From NCBI GenBank assembly GCA_042218495.1, contig JBDGRC010000067.1:1-38117 (forward strand): a stretch of 38,117 nucleotides of DNA, read 5' to 3'. A program made the translations under genes and the position numbers. Origin of the DNA: Candidatus Nanohaloarchaea archaeon. GTDB lineage: Archaea; Nanohalarchaeota; Nanosalinia; Nanosalinales; Nanosalinaceae. Shown piece after piece: positions 33,852 to 38,117 of the stretch (positions within the stretch are counted from its first letter, which is position 1; each line of letters begins with the position of its first letter). The notes under the pieces are model-generated. The model was given only the letters and a program-made list of their open reading frames with translations. It was not told the origin of the DNA and searched no databases.

Positions 33852-36650
33852 ATGATCAAAGATACAGGAACGGGGAGGAAGGTATCTCTCCTCGTCGCTC
33901 TGGCCTTCTTGACGGGAGGTGTGGCAGCCGCTGAAGTCGACATAGATGACGGAGACGGCCGGATATGGCTGGACAGCGACTCCGACAGCAGGCTCAATGC
34001 CGACCTGACGTGCGGCTCCGGGAACGATGCCCTTAACATGACTCTCAGACAGGATGGCGACGTCGAGGAAACATTCAACTCCAGCGAGGTGGACGGTTAC
34101 GACATGAGCGGCAGCTCGGTCGGCGAATACAACCTTACCGGAAGATGCAACGCCTCTACAGGATTCAAGACGGCTTACCAGACCTTCAACGTATACGAGC
34201 TAGTGGTCGAGGAGTTCAAGCCTTTCTCGACAGGTACCTCGAGTTTCGTGGCGAGAAGAGGACAGAGAATCGGAGAGTCCTCCGACAGAAAGCTTACCGG
34301 TCAGAAGCAGCTGGAGCTCAAGTTCGATGTAAGAGGGGATTCGAGCAACGAGGTCCTGGATCCCGAGGAGTTCGACTTCCAGGTCAGCATGCAGGGAGAG
34401 GGCGAGCTGGACCTGGGACGTCACTACGAGGTTGAGGAGGCAGGTGGCGACGGCTACACGGCAACGCTGTTCCCGCGAGTCCCTTCCGGGGCTTCCTGGT
34501 ACCACCACTCGCTTACAGTGGATGTGATGGTCCCCGAGCCTGAGGCAGGTGGAGAGTTCCCTGTTACAGCAGAATCTGACGACTACGGCGGTTCGATATA
34601 CCTGAGTCCGGTGAAGATCACCTCGGTGGAGCCTTCGAGAGACATAGTGGTCGGAGAGCTCGACGAACTCGGATTCACGGTGAAGGTGGCGGACGGCTAC
34701 CAGAGGGAGCTCTCAGATGATAAGTTTGCGCTGGAGGTTGAGGGCAGAAGCAATGACATCAAGGCTCTGGACGTGGTCTCCACGGAGAAATCCAACACCT
34801 ACGATCTAAGGCTTGAAAAGATACCTCAGGCACCGGATGGTTCCGAAAGCTTCCGAGTCTGGCTCAAGTTCAAAGACAGGGAGTACACGGAGGAGTCAGG
34901 GTACCGTCTGTTCCAGTACAACGTCGCCCGCAAGGTCGCTTTCCGTGGAACGGTACAGAACACCCGGAGAACACCGATACTCACCAGTTTCAGGGCACTG
35001 TCTTCCGGATCCAGCGTCAGGAAGTTCTCGACCGTCAGCGGCGAGTACTCGGAGAGGTTTGACACCGGTACCTACGACTTCGAGGTGAAGTTCAGGCCCG
35101 GAGGCGAGGGCTCCGAAGCCAAGGGAGGACTCGACCTCCAGGGCGTTGAGCTGAAGAAAGGCAATGACGGGCAGGTGAAGTTCGAGTACTCCAGCCAGCC
35201 GAAGTCGGTGGACGTACCTGGCGTGACGCCGGTTGATATGATGTCTGTAACGTTTGGATATCCTTTCAAGGGCGAGGGAAGCACCGCCTGGATGAGGTTC
35301 GATCCGTCCGGCGTCGATCCAACAGAGGTCAGCGTATTTGAATGCAGGAAATGGAACTTCTTCGGTCAAAACTGTATCTCCGGATGGGAGAAGGTGAAAG
35401 ATGAGGCGGTGTCGGTCGTTCCGACGCTCTGGAAGGTCAGATTCCCAGTGGAGCCGCTCGAGACCAAGTACTTCGAGAAACGGAAGAAGATACTCATGAG
35501 CGCCTACGTGATAGGCACGAAGTCATCCCTGGGCCTTGATGGAGCCCTCAGGCTCAAAGGTACATCCGGCGGCAGGATCGGTTCAGGAAAGAAGCTCACT
35601 GTATCCGGCGACCTTGTCTCTGGAGGAAGCCCTGTATCCGACGCTGACCTCAACGTCACGCTTCGGGAAGACGGCGACGTTGTAAAGACTTTTACAGGAA
35701 CTTCCGGGACGGACGGCTCGTTCTCCGTGAGCGGAAACGTACCGGAGGAACCTGGAAACTACACTCTTGTTCTCCGTGCCTCCAGAGAACCCTACGACAG
35801 CCTTAAAAAGGAGAAGCCGGCGCCAATCTGGGTGTACGAGAGCCAGGGCCTGGCCGTGAAGCCAGAGACTACCGGCAACATACCTATATACAGGGGAGAT
35901 ACCTCCAAGACAACTATCTCGCTTGAAAACATCGGCGACACGACCCTGGAGGACGTAAGTATTTCAACAGAGAGCTCCGACGGCATAAAGCCCGATCATT
36001 TCAGCTTCTCCACGAAATCGATAGGCAGGATGGAGCCAGGCGAATCCAGGGATATAGGTGTAAAGTTCTCCGTGCCGGAGGACTGCAGCGGGTGCTCGTC
36101 CTTCCCCCAGATCGTGGTTTCTGTTACCGGTGAAGGGCCAAAAGGCGATATCGAAAGGTCCGTCAGGCTGAACATGGTGGTGGAGGAGAAGGATCAGGAG
36201 TCTCAGGGGACAGAGGGGAACTCCTCCACCGTTGAAGAAGCTTCAGACGGAGGTTCATCGCCGCTCGTCGGAAAGAGCTTTGTCTCCGCCCCGGAGCTCG
36301 GTGACTTCAATCCTACAGGAAAGTTCCTGGCCAGCCAGTCCACCCTGAACATAGCGCTCGGTCTCGTGATGGTGTTCATGATGGTGCTGGCTGGAGCAGT
36401 GAAGAACAAGGGAGGGTCCGGTTCCAGGTCCGGGAGATCCGGCAGATCTCCAAGAACTGTCTCCGGTGGTTCGGGCTCCATGAGCCGACCGGACTTTTCC
36501 GGTCAGGAAAGCGGCGGGAGCCGGGGAGAAGCTGAAACGGGGTCCGATGACCCGGAAGATGGTTCGACGCCTCCTAACGTGTGCGATGAGTGCGGAGAAG
36601 AGTTCGACACCGAGTCAGCGGTCGATATGCACAGGGAAGTGGCCCACTAG
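33852..36650 (+). CDS. Large multi-Ig surface protein with TM, Gly/Ser-rich cytoplasmic tail and C-terminal C2H2 zinc finger
   Basis: Signal peptide; TSGTDGSFSV..PGNYTL; LENIGDTTLEDVSI (CARDB-like); TM LNIALGLVMVFMMVLAGAV; CDECGEEFDTESAVDMHREVAH. Confidence 0.85.
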   Translation: MIKDTGTGRKVSLLVALAFLTGGVAAAEVDIDDGDGRIWLDSDSDSRLNADLTCGSGNDALNMTLRQDGDVEETFNSSEVDGYDMSGSSVGEYNLTGRCNASTGFKTAYQTFNVYELVVEEFKPFSTGTSSFVARRGQRIGESSDRKLTGQKQLELKFDVRGDSSNEVLDPEEFDFQVSMQGEGELDLGRHYEVEEAGGDGYTATLFPRVPSGASWYHHSLTVDVMVPEPEAGGEFPVTAESDDYGGSIYLSPVKITSVEPSRDIVVGELDELGFTVKVADGYQRELSDDKFALEVEGRSNDIKALDVVSTEKSNTYDLRLEKIPQAPDGSESFRVWLKFKDREYTEESGYRLFQYNVARKVAFRGTVQNTRRTPILTSFRALSSGSSVRKFSTVSGEYSERFDTGTYDFEVKFRPGGEGSEAKGGLDLQGVELKKGNDGQVKFEYSSQPKSVDVPGVTPVDMMSVTFGYPFKGEGSTAWMRFDPSGVDPTEVSVFECRKWNFFGQNCISGWEKVKDEAVSVVPTLWKVRFPVEPLETKYFEKRKKILMSAYVIGTKSSLGLDGALRLKGTSGGRIGSGKKLTVSGDLVSGGSPVSDADLNVTLREDGDVVKTFTGTSGTDGSFSVSGNVPEEPGNYTLVLRASREPYDSLKKEKPAPIWVYESQGLAVKPETTGNIPIYRGDTSKTTISLENIGDTTLEDVSISTESSDGIKPDHFSFSTKSIGRMEPGESRDIGVKFSVPEDCSGCSSFPQIVVSVTGEGPKGDIERSVRLNMVVEEKDQESQGTEGNSSTVEEASDGGSSPLVGKSFVSAPELGDFNPTGKFLASQSTLNIALGLVMVFMMVLAGAVKNKGGSGSRSGRSGRSPRTVSGGSGSMSRPDFSGQESGGSRGEAETGSDDPEDGSTPPNVCDECGEEFDTESAVDMHREVAH

Positions 36651-37426
36651 CGGCTGATGTTCTCTCTGAGCCTGTTTATCTTTCTCTTGAAATTCGCAAA
36701 CCTCGGCCTTTCGAACTTCTCTCCTTCAAGGCTGGCGGCCAGCTCCTGGATCTCGAGCGACGCCTCGGAGATCGGAGAGTGGGATATCAGTGGCTCCTTT
36801 TCGAACACGCTTTTCTTCATCTGCCTGTCGTACGGCACGGTCGCCATTATGTGGGACTCCGTCATCATCTCGACCTCGCTCTCCACGAGCTCCATCTCCG
36901 GGTCCTCCTCCGACATGTTGACCACTGTTCCAAGTATTGGTATCCTCAGCTGCTTCGCCCTCTCAATTATCTGTGCCGCGTTGATTCCGGATGTCTGGGT
37001 CGGCGTCGAGATAACCATTAGTTCCTCGCAGGCCTTCATCACTTCTTCAACCGTGGAGTTCATGCCCGGGGGACAGTCCACGAGAACGTAGTCCGAGTTC
37101 CGCTTCGCATGTTCAACCGCGTCCTCGAGCCTGTCAAGGTCCGGCTCCAGGTGGTGAAGCTCGTTTGACGCGACCATTGCCTTTATTCCTGTCGGGTGTC
37201 TGAAGACCGCGTTCGAGGGATGCTCGTCGTTCTCCAGCACGTCCTGGATCTTGACCGGGTGATCGTACCTTCCCAGGTGGACTCCAAGATTGGACCCCGA
37301 AAAGTCGGTGTCAACGATCGTTACCTCCTTGCCGAAGTCGCTCAGCGACACTCCGAGGTTGACCGTCAGGCTCGTCTTTCCAACACCTCCCTTGCCTGAA
37401 ATCATTCCTATAACGCGGCCGCTCAT
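36647..37426 (-). CDS. minD: MinD/ParA-family ATPase
   Basis: Deviant Walker A SGKGGVGKT, VDTD, DYVLVDCPPG, GTVVN, VPYD, and a basic amphipathic C-terminal helix. Confidence 0.88.
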   Translation of the reverse strand: MSGRVIGMISGKGGVGKTSLTVNLGVSLSDFGKEVTIVDTDFSGSNLGVHLGRYDHPVKIQDVLENDEHPSNAVFRHPTGIKAMVASNELHHLEPDLDRLEDAVEHAKRNSDYVLVDCPPGMNSTVEEVMKACEELMVISTPTQTSGINAAQIIERAKQLRIPILGTVVNMSEEDPEMELVESEVEMMTESHIMATVPYDRQMKKSVFEKEPLISHSPISEASLEIQELAASLEGEKFERPRFANFKRKINRLRENISR

Positions 37427-37537
37427 TGTAAAATCATTTTCCTCTGCGGTTAATAAGGTTGGAGGTCGCCGCCGAGGAGTCTCTCTGCGTGGTATCCTCG
37501 GGACGTTTATATATTTTTTAACTCCTGAACAGTAAAC

Positions 37538-37948
37538 ATGAGCAAGTTCTGGGTCGCCGCGCTGTTCGTCCTGTTTGTTGGCCTATCCCTTCTTCTGGGA
37601 AACTTCGGGGATTCAGGGTCGATAAACTTCAGCGATCTCGAAACGGAGTGCAGACTGGGCTCCCCGGAGGCTGAAGTAGGTCTTTCGGACAGCAGGCTGC
37701 AGTTTAACGGCCACTTCCCGGTTGAGGACTCTGACGCGAGCGTGAACTACCAGTATAGACAGTCATCGGATCGAGTGGTACTGGAAATCCGGTCTGATCC
37801 AACCGGAGAAAAGATAGATTTCCTGGACGACTGTCTTGCTTCAGTTAAGTACAGAGCTGAGTCCGAACCGCTGAAGCCAGGGCTCTATCACGTGGAGGTT
37901 CGCCATGATGGCGAAAAGGCTCACAGTTCGGTTGTAAAGGTGGGCTAG
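37538..37948 (+). CDS. Small exported/membrane-anchored hypothetical protein
   Basis: N-terminal hydrophobic helix, Cys pair, LKPGLYHVEV Ig-like end; TTTATATA at 37506-37513. Confidence 0.75.
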   Translation: MSKFWVAALFVLFVGLSLLLGNFGDSGSINFSDLETECRLGSPEAEVGLSDSRLQFNGHFPVEDSDASVNYQYRQSSDRVVLEIRSDPTGEKIDFLDDCLASVKYRAESEPLKPGLYHVEVRHDGEKAHSSVVKVG

Positions 37949-38117
37949 TGAGTCTCCAGCTCGTATCTTATCTTTCCGTCCCTGTGCTCGACCGTGATCT
38001 TTCCCTCTTTCGCCAGCCATCCGATGGCCTGGTTGACAGTGTCCTGATCGACAGCATTACTCGTGTGCTGGAGTAGCTTGCGGGCGGTTGCCTTTCCCTG
38101 GTCCTTGAGCGTGTCGT
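37945..38117 (-). CDS. Winged-helix protein (DUF2582-like), 5' partial; absent from the ORF track
   Basis: Manual translation gives DTLKDQGKATARKLLQHTSNAVDQDTVNQAIGWLAKEGKITVEHRDGKIRYELETH*; AIGWLAxEGKI is the signature. Confidence 0.75.
   Translation of the reverse strand, partial: DTLKDQGKATARKLLQHTSNAVDQDTVNQAIGWLAKEGKITVEHRDGKIRYELETH

Noticed and set aside
14837-36650. Type IV pilus, archaellum or SipW/TasA locus
   Set aside because: No convincing class III signal peptides, no PilB/ArlI ATPase, PilC/ArlJ, prepilin peptidase or SipW gene in the window.

Overview
Gene-dense archaeal chromosome segment with a very acidic proteome, archaeal-type translation genes and mostly TATA-driven, apparently leaderless genes. 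It is most consistent with a halophilic DPANN archaeon (Nanohaloarchaeota-like; inference, not a database result). Positions 1-14.7 kb are mainly housekeeping: trpS, a SpoIIM-like membrane protein, pheS, pheT, a candidate box C/D sRNA, PspC, ndk, a HerA-like ATPase, intron-containing tRNA-Val(TAC), pth2, truD, GT2 and GT-C glycosyltransferases, a CxxC protein and a membrane-tethered wHTH regulator. Positions 14.8-37.4 kb form a cell-surface/signalling island with two clusters of secreted Ig-like proteins. These include a probable major fibre subunit with a long leader and strong SD, a paralogous adhesin-like protein and a DUF916/WxL-chaperone-like partner. Together they suggest an undescribed non-type-IV, donor-strand-type fibre system. 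Between the clusters sit a MoxR-DUF58-vWA module, a DLPDL-repeat acidic protein and a signalling operon (soluble MCP fragment, KaiC-like fragment, inactive-KaiC/MglA-type GTPase fusion, Roadblock) carrying a visible deletion scar. A MinD closes the island.
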